From Candidatus Nanoarchaeia archaeon (lineage in GTDB: Archaea > Nanobdellota > Nanobdellia > Woesearchaeales > SKIA01), in NCBI GenBank assembly GCA_028279685.1, contig JANQNG010000002.1, positions 76,144-140,143 on the forward strand: DNA of 64,000 bases, written 5' to 3'. Shown here piece after piece: positions 45,348 through 54,643 of this stretch; the stretch's first letter is position 1, and every line of letters starts with the position of its first letter. The notes below the pieces were generated by a model, which saw nothing but the letters and a program-made list of their open reading frames with translations, had not been told where the DNA came from and searched no databases. A program made the position numbers and the translations under genes.

Positions 45348-47354
45348 ATGGTTTTATACCAATGGGAGGAATTTATCAAAAAGCATAAGCCGAAGAAGAA
45401 GCTATCCTCTTTTCACCCAGGATTAGGTTATAACGTTATTTCTCGCAGAAAAGGGAAAGCGAATAAAATACAATTCACGGTGCTAGCAGATCATAAAGCA
45501 ATTGATATTTATCTTGTAGGGAATTTCAACAATTGGGGAAAAACAAATAACAAATTTGATGAACGCAAATTAACAAAATGGAAACTCCAGCCAGATTTTC
45601 ATGGAGTATATCATACTATTACCGTTTCTGGATTAAAGCATAAGGAAAAGTATAAGTTTCTTGTAAAAAATGGATCTGAATGGGATTACCGTCGAGATCC
45701 AGCAGGAACCTATTTCGATGAAGAAGGCAATAGCATTATATGGGATTATGATGATCCTTCTGCATACAAGCAAAAACATAAATTGATCGACACCATTAAC
45801 AGGCCTACAAAAATAATACAAACTGATCTTCCTGGGCTGATTAGCCATTGGCGTCATAAAAAAACTGGAAAATTAGGAAGAGATATTCCTGAAAAAGAAA
45901 CCTACAAATTCTTTGCCACATCAGGCATTATTGAACACGTTAAACAATTAGGATTTAACACTATACAATTCTTGCCATTTCATCAGAGTATTGATGGTGA
46001 TAACTGGAAATTTAGATATTTGGTTTTGTATCAATATGCAATTCAAAATAAATGGGGGAACCCTGATGACTTTGCAAGAATGATTGATGCATGCCATAAG
46101 CAAGATATTGCCGTCATAGGTGATTTTGTCGTAAGTCATGCTCCTTGTCAGCATTTCAAGATTTTTGGAGAATCAGGAGCTGCTACAGGAATACATAAAT
46201 GGAGATCAAAGCACGGCAAAGATGTCTTTCTTGCTGATTGGACTCCTTGGGGAACAAAACGATTTGATTACGATAATCATCACGTTCGGAAATTCTTAGT
46301 TGAGGGCTGTCTTCATTTCATGAAACGATATAATATTGATGGTTTCAGAATTGATAATGTCGACGGCATTATCAGATATGGTGACGCTGGCGAAGGTCCT
46401 GAACGCCCTAACGGAAGAACATTTCTCAGAGAAATGACGAAAGTTTTGTACGAATATAATCCTTATGCATTGGCACATTTTGAATCACATTATTTCTATG
46501 GTGACAATGCAAAAATGCTTGTCGTTCCTCTTGAGAGTGATCCAAGAGCTTTGGGCGCAACAGCATACAACAGTTCTCGTGTTAGTTATTACCTTCATAA
46601 AGAATTAATGCCAAAATCAGCCGAACATATCACACCATTTAGATTTGAAGATATCAGATCTGAGAAAGAATGGGGGCAGTGCAATTCTACCGTCGGAGAT
46701 TTCCATAATCATGATGCTGCCGCAGGACTGATGCACGGTCGTGCAACTGGAAGTTATGCTTATGATGCATTGATACTTAAAAGATCTGATATTCATTTCC
46801 ACGCTGTCGGGAAAATAAAAATTATGGAAGCACTGATTAGTTTTGGTCTGGAGGGAAGAACACTTGATTTGATACAATCATTCTTATTGCAGACAGGAAC
46901 ATTTGAGCACGATAGTTCTGTACATTGGTTCTTGGAGATGAGAGATGCTACAAAAGGAATGCTGAAGTATAAACAAGATGTGAATAAGCTTATGGATGAT
47001 CCTGCTTTCTGGCCGATGAATACGAAGAACAGGAAATATATCAATGTCGATGATGTGAATAAAATGCTTGCTATTGTTCGCAAAGATACTGAACAAGAAA
47101 CCAAATCTGAATATTTAGTAAATATTAATTTCAGTTCAAGACATCTGCATAATTATGCTGTCGGCGTAGAAGACCATGCTGAATATGAAGTAGTATTAAA
47201 CGGAGATTTGTATAAGTATGCTGGCCAAGGTATGGTAGCCTATCCTAATACAATCAAGACAGAGAAATCAGATAAGTTTGAACTATTCGACAAACAGATC
47301 ACTCTCAATGATGTAGCACCGTATGGTGTTGTGGTGTTGAAGAAGGTAAAATGA
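45348..47354 (+). CDS. GH13 1,4-alpha-glucan branching enzyme-like protein with CBM48
   Basis: LVGNFNNW, LGFNTIQFLP, DFVVSH, DGFRIDNV, HNHD. Confidence 0.82.
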   Translation: MVLYQWEEFIKKHKPKKKLSSFHPGLGYNVISRRKGKANKIQFTVLADHKAIDIYLVGNFNNWGKTNNKFDERKLTKWKLQPDFHGVYHTITVSGLKHKEKYKFLVKNGSEWDYRRDPAGTYFDEEGNSIIWDYDDPSAYKQKHKLIDTINRPTKIIQTDLPGLISHWRHKKTGKLGRDIPEKETYKFFATSGIIEHVKQLGFNTIQFLPFHQSIDGDNWKFRYLVLYQYAIQNKWGNPDDFARMIDACHKQDIAVIGDFVVSHAPCQHFKIFGESGAATGIHKWRSKHGKDVFLADWTPWGTKRFDYDNHHVRKFLVEGCLHFMKRYNIDGFRIDNVDGIIRYGDAGEGPERPNGRTFLREMTKVLYEYNPYALAHFESHYFYGDNAKMLVVPLESDPRALGATAYNSSRVSYYLHKELMPKSAEHITPFRFEDIRSEKEWGQCNSTVGDFHNHDAAAGLMHGRATGSYAYDALILKRSDIHFHAVGKIKIMEALISFGLEGRTLDLIQSFLLQTGTFEHDSSVHWFLEMRDATKGMLKYKQDVNKLMDDPAFWPMNTKNRKYINVDDVNKMLAIVRKDTEQETKSEYLVNINFSSRHLHNYAVGVEDHAEYEVVLNGDLYKYAGQGMVAYPNTIKTEKSDKFELFDKQITLNDVAPYGVVVLKKVK

Positions 47355-48085
47355 AAGTTTCTACAGTCAATAAACAAGGAGAAAATCTCGTTGGTTTTAT
47401 GGAAATTCCTGGTGAGGGAAAATATCCTACTGTGCTTTTGGTGCACGGGTTTGGCGTTACAAAAGAAGAAGGAGGCATGTTCACCGATCTTGCAGAACTG
47501 CTATGTAAAGAAGGATTCTGTGCTGTGTCATTTGATTTGTCTGGCAGGGGAGAAAGTGAAGGGGATTATAGTGAAACAACACTCACAAAACTTAGTATTG
47601 ATGTTCAAAGCATTCTTGATTTTCTTAGAAAACACAAATCTGTTGGGGAAATAGGTGTTTTGGGTCAGTCGTTAGGTACAGCAACCCTTGTTGCAACAAA
47701 ACCTGATGTTAGAAGCATGGTGCTTATGGGATCTATAGCACATGTTAAAGATGTCTTAGCTCCTCTTTTTATCGAATATCATCCAGACGGTATTTCTATT
47801 AGAAAGAATTCTTCAGGGGATGAAATTAGGATAAATCCTCCTTTTTGGAAAGATATTGAAAATCATGACCTTATTAAAAATATGGCAGAAATAACATGTC
47901 CTGTATTATTCATCCATGGTGAAAAAGACGAGAAAGTACCTCTTTCAGAGATGAAAGCATACTATGAAGCATGCCAAAGCAAAAAGGAAAACCTTATTTT
48001 ATCCAACGCACTCCACAGTTTAAGACCTATGAGAGCTGAAATGCAAAAAGCTGTTCTTAAATGGTTTAAAGAGACATTACAATGA
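47351..48085 (+). CDS. Alpha/beta hydrolase
   Basis: HGF, GRGESEG, GQSLG, HGEKD, H. Confidence 0.9.
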   Translation: MKVSTVNKQGENLVGFMEIPGEGKYPTVLLVHGFGVTKEEGGMFTDLAELLCKEGFCAVSFDLSGRGESEGDYSETTLTKLSIDVQSILDFLRKHKSVGEIGVLGQSLGTATLVATKPDVRSMVLMGSIAHVKDVLAPLFIEYHPDGISIRKNSSGDEIRINPPFWKDIENHDLIKNMAEITCPVLFIHGEKDEKVPLSEMKAYYEACQSKKENLILSNALHSLRPMRAEMQKAVLKWFKETLQ

Positions 48086-48834
48086 CTGAAAAAGTATTTT
48101 TCAAGAACTCAAAGGGATTGACGTTATGTGGTATTTTAGAAGAACCTCATCCTGAGAAAAAATATGCTGTTATTATGGTGCATGGCTATTCAACACAGAA
48201 GAATAACTCAAAGAATGTACGGCTGGCAAAAGCATTTGAGTCTCTGAAACTCAATTCTCTTCGTATTGATCTTGATGGTTGTGGTGAAAGTGAGGGTGAT
48301 TTTGCTGAACAGACCTATTCAAGTATGGCAGATGATATTCTCTCAGCAATAGCATACCTCAAGACGAGAGAATACTCAGAATTCAGCCTATTTGGCAGCA
48401 GTGCAGGAGGATTAGCATCAATGATTGTTGCCTTACAACAGCCTATTAAAAAAATAGGTCTTGTAGCTCCTGTTTTTGATTATCCCTCACAAGCAATAAG
48501 AACACTAGGTAAAGAAGAGATTGCAAGATGGAAAAAAGAAGGATTTAGAATAAGAACAAATCATCGCGGCATCTCTTCTAGGATTAATTACACCTTCTAT
48601 AACGATTCCCAACAACATGTAATGCATGGGAAAGTGAAAAATATTACTTGTCCTTTGTTAATTGTGCATGGAGATAAAGATGAAGATGTGCTTATCGAAG
48701 GATCGAGAAAGATTATTCAAGAAATGCCCAATGCAAAACTTATAGAGATGGAAGGTGCGGATCATTTTTTCGAAAATCCTGGTGAAAAAGATAAAGTTGC
48801 ACAATATTTTATTGATTGGTTCAAAGAAAAATGA
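48082..48834 (+). CDS. Alpha/beta hydrolase
   Basis: HGY, GCGESEG, GSSAGG, HGDKD, GADH. Confidence 0.9.
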   Translation: MTEKVFFKNSKGLTLCGILEEPHPEKKYAVIMVHGYSTQKNNSKNVRLAKAFESLKLNSLRIDLDGCGESEGDFAEQTYSSMADDILSAIAYLKTREYSEFSLFGSSAGGLASMIVALQQPIKKIGLVAPVFDYPSQAIRTLGKEEIARWKKEGFRIRTNHRGISSRINYTFYNDSQQHVMHGKVKNITCPLLIVHGDKDEDVLIEGSRKIIQEMPNAKLIEMEGADHFFENPGEKDKVAQYFIDWFKEK

Positions 48835-48839
48835 AAAAA

Positions 48840-49400
48840 TTATGATTCTTTCAGTCGACTTAATGTATCTAATTTGCTGTTTGTTTCTTCTTTCTTTATT
48901 TTAAACACATTGAGAGTTTTTATACCATCGTTTTTCAAATAGTTAAAAGACATTGATATGTCTAAATCAATATTTAAGTATACTCCAGAGTAAAAGCTAG
49001 TGATTGTCGCATCTCCTTTAAATCTCTCAACATTCTCAAAATTATAATTTTCTTCAAAATCACGAGAACAACGTATAGTATATTTCTTATCTTTAATAGA
49101 AAAAATTAATTTTTCTATAGCTTTATTTTTACTCTCTTCGCTTTTTGTAAATTGATATGATATTAATTTAGCTAAATTATCTGCGCTTTTAACATCATGC
49201 CTTAAATCAAGATTTAAGTTCCGACCTACATAATCAATTAAATAATTATTCTCACCAATTTTAGAAAATGTAAAAGAACCATTAGACATGGCAGAATCGT
49301 GAGTTATTTTATATGAACTAGTCAATAATTCAAGAGATTTAAACTCTTCATCGAAAACTTCTCGATTAACTTCTTCTCCAATATCAATCTTTAGACCCAT
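48840..49400 (-). CDS. Hypothetical protein (AT-rich)
   Basis: 186-aa ORF; no motif recognised. Confidence 0.55.
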   Translation of the reverse strand: MGLKIDIGEEVNREVFDEEFKSLELLTSSYKITHDSAMSNGSFTFSKIGENNYLIDYVGRNLNLDLRHDVKSADNLAKLISYQFTKSEESKNKAIEKLIFSIKDKKYTIRCSRDFEENYNFENVERFKGDATITSFYSGVYLNIDLDISMSFNYLKNDGIKTLNVFKIKKEETNSKLDTLSRLKES

Positions 49401-49511
49401 TTTTTAAACACCCACATTTTCAATTAAAGACCCAATTTATATATTTTTCTATTTTAGAATAGTAACACTTTTTAAACAAACTTAATAAATAGAATTGATA
49501 AGAGAAAGTAT

Positions 49512-50063
49512 ATGAAACTATTCATAATCCACGGAGCATATGGGAACCCTGGTGAGAACTGGTTTCCTTGGCTGAAGAAAGCATTAAAAAAACATGAAGT
49601 CATTATACCTACATTTCCAACTCCCGAAAATCAAACACTAGAAAACTGGATGGAAGTATTTGAGCCATATTTAGACAAGATTGACGAAAACACAGTATTT
49701 ATCGGCCATAGTCTAGGCCCTGCTTTCATATTGAACATTCTTGAGAAAATTAATATTAAAGTAAAAGCTTGCTTTTTTGTCGCAGGATTCACAGGATCGT
49801 TAGGAAACGATACATTCGATAAAATTAATTGTACATTTGCTGATAAGAAATTCAACTGGGGCAAAATAAGAAATAATTGTTCTAAATTCTATATATTCAA
49901 TTCAACAGATGATCCTTATGTTCCTATATCAAAAGGAGAGGAATTAGCTATTAATCTTAACTCAGGCTTAATTAAAGTAGATAATGCAGGCCACTTCAAT
50001 GAGGATGCAGGTTATACTAAGTTTCAATTATTGCTTGAAAAAATAAAAAGTGAATTAAAGTGA
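49512..50063 (+). CDS. RBBP9/YdeN family serine hydrolase
   Basis: IIHG..G....NWFPWL, GHSLG, DDPYV, AGHFN. Confidence 0.9.
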   Translation: MKLFIIHGAYGNPGENWFPWLKKALKKHEVIIPTFPTPENQTLENWMEVFEPYLDKIDENTVFIGHSLGPAFILNILEKINIKVKACFFVAGFTGSLGNDTFDKINCTFADKKFNWGKIRNNCSKFYIFNSTDDPYVPISKGEELAINLNSGLIKVDNAGHFNEDAGYTKFQLLLEKIKSELK

Positions 50064-50605
50064 AGGCAAAAAAAGCTAAGGCTAAGCCACGGAAAAGAGC
50101 AAAGACACCCAAAGCAAAAAAAAATCTAGCAACAAAGCCTAAACGCTCTAACCACCCTCGCCTGATAACCTTCATAATATTATCGGGAATAATTTTGGAT
50201 CAATTTCTCAAATGTATCTTCGTAGAGATACTCCAACCAAACGAATCCATCAACGCATTACCATTTCTTAAATTTACTTTAGTTCATAACACTGGATCTC
50301 TATGGGGATTGTTCAACAGTGTAGAACAGATCAATATGATGTTTATTTGGATCTCTATTATAGCATTAGGATTCTTGATGTGGAAGAAAGATGATTTGCT
50401 AAAACTATCAAAACACATAATCTGGAATAAAGTCTTTTACGCACTTATTGTGGCAGGAATATTAGGAAACTTCATAGATAGACTCACAAGAGGCTTTGTG
50501 GTGGACTTTCTTGACTTCATTATCTGGCCTGTGTTTAACATAGCAGATAGTATGATTGTAGTTGGTGTAATTGGACTCATCATTCTCAGTCTAAAGAAAT
50601 CGTGA
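50060..50605 (+). CDS. lspA: Signal peptidase II (lipoprotein signal peptidase)
   Basis: DQFLK, NTG, GNFIDR, VVDF, WPVFNIADS. Confidence 0.9.
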   Translation: MKAKKAKAKPRKRAKTPKAKKNLATKPKRSNHPRLITFIILSGIILDQFLKCIFVEILQPNESINALPFLKFTLVHNTGSLWGLFNSVEQINMMFIWISIIALGFLMWKKDDLLKLSKHIIWNKVFYALIVAGILGNFIDRLTRGFVVDFLDFIIWPVFNIADSMIVVGVIGLIILSLKKS

Positions 50606-50659
50606 TCCTTTCGGTTTTTCTTGGACAAGATATATTAAAGATTCAGAAATAACCATCTC

Positions 50660-51082
50660 ATGGTTGAAAAATACTATTTAGATACTTGCGTATGGAGAGA
50701 TTTTTACGAGAATAGAGTTAGTAGAGACGGTAGATTATTAGGAATTTGCGCAAAAAAACTGATAAAGAAAATTATTCATGATAATGATATTATACTTTAT
50801 TCTGATTTAATCGAAAAAGAGTTACTTAAAGAATATACAGAACAAGAACTATGTGATAAATTAGATGCTTTGATATTATTAGATATTTTGCACAAAGTCC
50901 ATCTTAATGAGTTAACCAGAATAAAATCAAGAACTATAAAAAATAAGTACAAAATTCCCTTAGCTGATGCAGCACATGCTATTTTAGCAAAAGAAAATAA
51001 AGCACTATTAGTAACTCAAGATAAACATTTATTAAAATTAAAAAATATTCTTAAAGTTTCAAAACCTGATGACTTAATCTAA
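50660..51082 (+). CDS. PIN-domain (VapC-like) nuclease
   Basis: YLDTCVW, E, DAAHA, LVTQDKH. Confidence 0.88.
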   Translation: MVEKYYLDTCVWRDFYENRVSRDGRLLGICAKKLIKKIIHDNDIILYSDLIEKELLKEYTEQELCDKLDALILLDILHKVHLNELTRIKSRTIKNKYKIPLADAAHAILAKENKALLVTQDKHLLKLKNILKVSKPDDLI

Positions 51083-51340
51083 ACTCCAATTTTTTTCTTC
51101 GAACAATTCTTTAACAGCTTCTTCTCTTGCTTTTTCCCAATCTTTGTCAGTTGTTTTTCTTTTTATAGAGCCATGACCTTTCATAAACTCTTTAATTAAC
51201 TCATCTCTAGTCATTTTTTTTAGTTTATCCCTAATAGATGTTCGAATAAATTCAGTCCTGGTTGAGAAATTGCTTTTACCCACCACATCATCTATTTCAC
51301 CCAGCATTTGATCATCCATTTTTAGGCTAATAGTATTCAT
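51074..51340 (-). CDS. CopG/ribbon-helix-helix protein (antitoxin-like)
   Basis: TISLKM...EID...STRTEFIRTSIR. Confidence 0.85.
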   Translation of the reverse strand: MNTISLKMDDQMLGEIDDVVGKSNFSTRTEFIRTSIRDKLKKMTRDELIKEFMKGHGSIKRKTTDKDWEKAREEAVKELFEEKNWSLD

Positions 51341-51494
51341 TGTATTACTTAGTACATACTAAGTAATATTTAAATTTTTCGGCTAAAATCTGTAAATTTT
51401 GCGAATAAAAGCCCTATTTTGGCTTTTTTCAAAGGTTTCCTTAGCTTATGAAAATAGAAAGGTTTATAAAGCAAGTTCTACTCTTATCTCTTAG

Positions 51495-51581
51495 TAAGAA
51501 AAAGGCCCAGGGAACTCACCTAACGGACAAGTTCTCGCATCCTGCACAAGGATGAGTGTTTTACACATTGGTTTTTTCTTA
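51495..51581 (+). promoter_or_regulatory. Structured 5' leader of the DEAD-box helicase gene
   Basis: TTTATAAA at ~51463; closing stem TAAGAAAAAGGCC/GGTTTTTTCTTA around three hairpins; SD GAGG follows. Confidence 0.55.
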
Positions 51582-51594
51582 AAGAGGTAAAACT

Positions 51595-52797
51595 ATGAAA
51601 AAATTTAAGGAATTAGGTATTACAGAAGAAATACTAAAAACTATAGAAGAACATAGGTTCGAAGAACCTACAGAAATACAAGAAAAAACAATCCCTTTAG
51701 TAATTGAAGGAAAAGACGTTATAGGAGGATCCGCAACAGGATCTGGAAAAACATTAGCATTTGGCACTGGAATAATCCAGAATACTGAAAAGGGACATGG
51801 CATTCAAGCATTAATTCTTAATCCAACAAGAGAGTTGGCTGTTCAGGTTGCTGAAGCGCTAAAAGACTTCTCAAAACATAAAAAACTGAAAGTTGTTGTT
51901 GTTTATGGAGGAGTTTCTATTAACCCTCAAATTGATCAATTGAAAACAGCAGATATTGTTGTCGGTACACCAGGAAGAATATTAGATCATCTTCACAGAC
52001 AAACAATGGATCTCAGAAATGTAAAAACATTGGTATTAGACGAAGCAGACATTATGCTCGATATGGGTTTCATCGACGACATCAAGATGATTATACGTGC
52101 TTGCCCAAAGCAAAGACAAACTTTACTGTTCTCTGCAACGATACCTCCTGATATTGATAGACTCATCAAACATAATATGAACAATCCAATAAAAGTTTCA
52201 GCAGAAGTTTACGTTGATCCTTCTAAATTAACACAGATGTATTATGATGTATCTGATAACCAGAAATTTTCATTACTTGTTCATTTACTTAAGCATGAAG
52301 AATCAAAATTAGTGATGGTATTCTGCAATTCAAGAGATAACGTAGATTTTGTAGCTAACAATCTGAAAGCAAACGGCATCAAAGCGATGGCCATTCACGG
52401 AGGCTTCAGTCAGGATAAACGTTCAAGAACAATGGGAAGATTCGTTGATCAAAATGTTCGTGTCTTAGTATGCACTGATGTTGCTGCACGAGGATTAGAT
52501 ATTCCTGAAGTATCACATGTGTACAACTATGATATTCCTAATGATAGCAAGCAGTATATTCATAGAATTGGACGTACTGCAAGAGCAGGTCACGAAGGAA
52601 AAGCAGTTAATATCCTTGCACACAGAGATCACGATAATTTTTCCTTTGTGTTAAGAGACAATGCTGTTGAGATTCCGAAAGAACCTACTCCAAATGTAGA
52701 AAGAGCCAAGATTGTCTGGAAGAACGAGAAGAAATTCGGAAGAAGACCCCATTCTGGCTACAAACGGAATGTTGGCATTAGAAGACATAGAAGATAA
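51595..52797 (+). CDS. DEAD-box RNA helicase
   Basis: Q motif, TGSGKT, PTRELA, TPGR, DEAD, SAT, ARGLD, HRIGRTAR. Confidence 0.97.
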   Translation: MKKFKELGITEEILKTIEEHRFEEPTEIQEKTIPLVIEGKDVIGGSATGSGKTLAFGTGIIQNTEKGHGIQALILNPTRELAVQVAEALKDFSKHKKLKVVVVYGGVSINPQIDQLKTADIVVGTPGRILDHLHRQTMDLRNVKTLVLDEADIMLDMGFIDDIKMIIRACPKQRQTLLFSATIPPDIDRLIKHNMNNPIKVSAEVYVDPSKLTQMYYDVSDNQKFSLLVHLLKHEESKLVMVFCNSRDNVDFVANNLKANGIKAMAIHGGFSQDKRSRTMGRFVDQNVRVLVCTDVAARGLDIPEVSHVYNYDIPNDSKQYIHRIGRTARAGHEGKAVNILAHRDHDNFSFVLRDNAVEIPKEPTPNVERAKIVWKNEKKFGRRPHSGYKRNVGIRRHRR

Positions 52798-52820
52798 TTA
52801 AATATTATTTTGTTAAGGTT

Positions 52821-53183
52821 CTAGAACTCATCGCTTTCTTCAAGATCATCTAAGAAATTATTGTTCTGGAGCCATTTAACTTGAATAGGTCTGTATTTGA
52901 AGATAATATCGCCACGTTCATCTCCGCCGAATTCCCAAGGTTCAACTAAGACAATATCATTCTCGCGAACCCATAATCGTTTCTTTAATCTGCCAGGAAT
53001 CCTGCAGACACGCGTATTACCATCTAAACAACGAACTTTGCATCTACTGCCACCTAACCTTTGTTCAAGAAGCCCTAGTATCTCATTATCTCGAGGAGTT
53101 CTAACTCTGAAGACCTCCTCTTCTCCTTGGCCAAACTTCTTTTTCCGCTTAAACCTCTTCTTCGGAGGGTTCTTTGGTGGCAT
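52821..53183 (-). CDS. eif1a: Translation initiation factor aIF-1A
   Basis: LGGSR..V.CLDG..R.CRIPGRLKKRLWV; SD GAGGTG before ATG 53183. Confidence 0.95.
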   Translation of the reverse strand: MPPKNPPKKRFKRKKKFGQGEEEVFRVRTPRDNEILGLLEQRLGGSRCKVRCLDGNTRVCRIPGRLKKRLWVRENDIVLVEPWEFGGDERGDIIFKYRPIQVKWLQNNNFLDDLEESDEF

Positions 53184-53339
53184 ACACCTCAAAAATACAG
53201 CCATGTTTATAAACATTTGCTAAATGAAGCGCTTATTCCTTAGAATTATAAGAAGTTAACTTTATAAATCCCTGACTATTCCTCAAGTCAAGACGGTTGA
53301 TAACAGTTCGGCTGAGAACCGCAAGGAGTGTGTAAACAC

Positions 53340-53759
53340 ATGGTATTAATCAAGGATGCTAATCCCCATAAACTGATTTTTGCTCTTGCAAAAGAGCTGC
53401 AATCTATTGAGGAACTCAATCCTCCTGAATGGGCTGCTTACATTAAAACAGGAAGTCATAGAGAGAAACCTCCCACAAGAAAGGACTGGTGGCATGTCAG
53501 AGCTGCTTCAATTCTAAGAACCATCTACTTCAGAGGACCTATTGGAACAGGAAAGCTCAGAGTCAAGTATGGAGGCAGAAAAAACAGAGGCCACAAACCA
53601 GATAAGACTGTAAACGCAGGAGGAAATATTATCAGAAAATGTCTTCAATGTCTTGAAAAAGCAGAACTAATAACACAAGCTCAAAGAGGAAATCATAAAG
53701 GAAGAATTATTACAGGTAAAGGAGAGGCTTTACTGAACAAGATCTCAAAAGGTGTATGA
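53340..53759 (+). CDS. rps19e: 30S ribosomal protein S19e
   Basis: PEWA..IKTG.HRE, WWHVRAASILR, YGG. Confidence 0.96.
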   Translation: MVLIKDANPHKLIFALAKELQSIEELNPPEWAAYIKTGSHREKPPTRKDWWHVRAASILRTIYFRGPIGTGKLRVKYGGRKNRGHKPDKTVNAGGNIIRKCLQCLEKAELITQAQRGNHKGRIITGKGEALLNKISKGV

Positions 53760-53761
53760 CT

Positions 53762-53935
53762 ATGGCGCGCAATATTCACCTATCAAGAAAACTAAGATTG
53801 GCTAAACTTGGAAGAAGAACACGCTGGGCTCCTTTCTGGACAGTGCCAAAAATCTATGGCTCCGGCAGAAGAGTTCATCCAGGGAGACACACCACGGTGA
53901 AACGCCACTGGCGCCGAACGAAAACGAAGGCATAA
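53762..53935 (+). CDS. rpl39e: 50S ribosomal protein L39e (missed by the ORF track)
   Basis: MARNIHLSRKLRLAK...APFW...KRHWRRTKTKA; between rps19e and rpl31e. Confidence 0.9.
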   Translation: MARNIHLSRKLRLAKLGRRTRWAPFWTVPKIYGSGRRVHPGRHTTVKRHWRRTKTKA

Positions 53936-53937
53936 AA

Positions 53938-54498
53938 ATGGCTGACAAAATTGAAAGACTTTACAATGTACCATTACGTTCAGGATTCATTAATACTCCT
54001 AAATATAAGAGAGCTAAAAAAGCAATTAATACTTTGAAATTATTTATGCAAAAGCATATGAAAGCAGAGACTATTAAGATTGGAAATGTTTTGAATGAGC
54101 TTATTTGGAAGAATGGAATAAAAAATCCTCCTCATCATGTTGCGGTAAAGGCAATCAAAGAGAATGATATTGTGAAAGTAGAATTACAAGGTCATGAATA
54201 CAAAGATGCTGTTAAGATTGAGAAGAAAGTCGACAAAAAAGAATCACTGAAAGATAAACTCGCTGCAAAGCTTGGCGCTGCTGATGAAAAAAAGGAAGAG
54301 AAGGCTAAAGCAACAGAAGAGAACGTTGATGAAGTGAAAGATGCTCTAGGTGGCGAAAAAAAGAAAGAAGAAACGCTCGCTGCTCCTAAAAAAGAATCAC
54401 CCAAGAAACCAACAGTGAAGAAAGAAACTCCGAAGAAAACTACTCCTAAAAAGAAAGTAAAGAAAGCTTCTAAGACGAAAAAAGCAGCTAAAAAATAA
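53938..54498 (+). CDS. rpl31e: 50S ribosomal protein L31e with long charged C-terminal extension
   Basis: ERLYNVPLR, KRAKKA, LNELIWKNGIKNPP. Confidence 0.95.
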   Translation: MADKIERLYNVPLRSGFINTPKYKRAKKAINTLKLFMQKHMKAETIKIGNVLNELIWKNGIKNPPHHVAVKAIKENDIVKVELQGHEYKDAVKIEKKVDKKESLKDKLAAKLGAADEKKEEKAKATEENVDEVKDALGGEKKKEETLAAPKKESPKKPTVKKETPKKTTPKKKVKKASKTKKAAKK

Positions 54499-54643
54499 AC
54501 CACATAACAAAATTTTGGATTTGTTGTTTCTGCAAAAACAATCAATAACAAAGTTTTTGACCACAATCATCAAAACTTTGAATTGATTGTCCCTCTCGAA
54601 ACAATCAATAACATTTATAAACTTCTAACATACAGAAGGTACT

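Noticed and set aside
47351..50063. Cluster of alpha/beta hydrolases as a special system
   Set aside because: Common enzyme families with ordinary catalytic motifs and no distinctive partners
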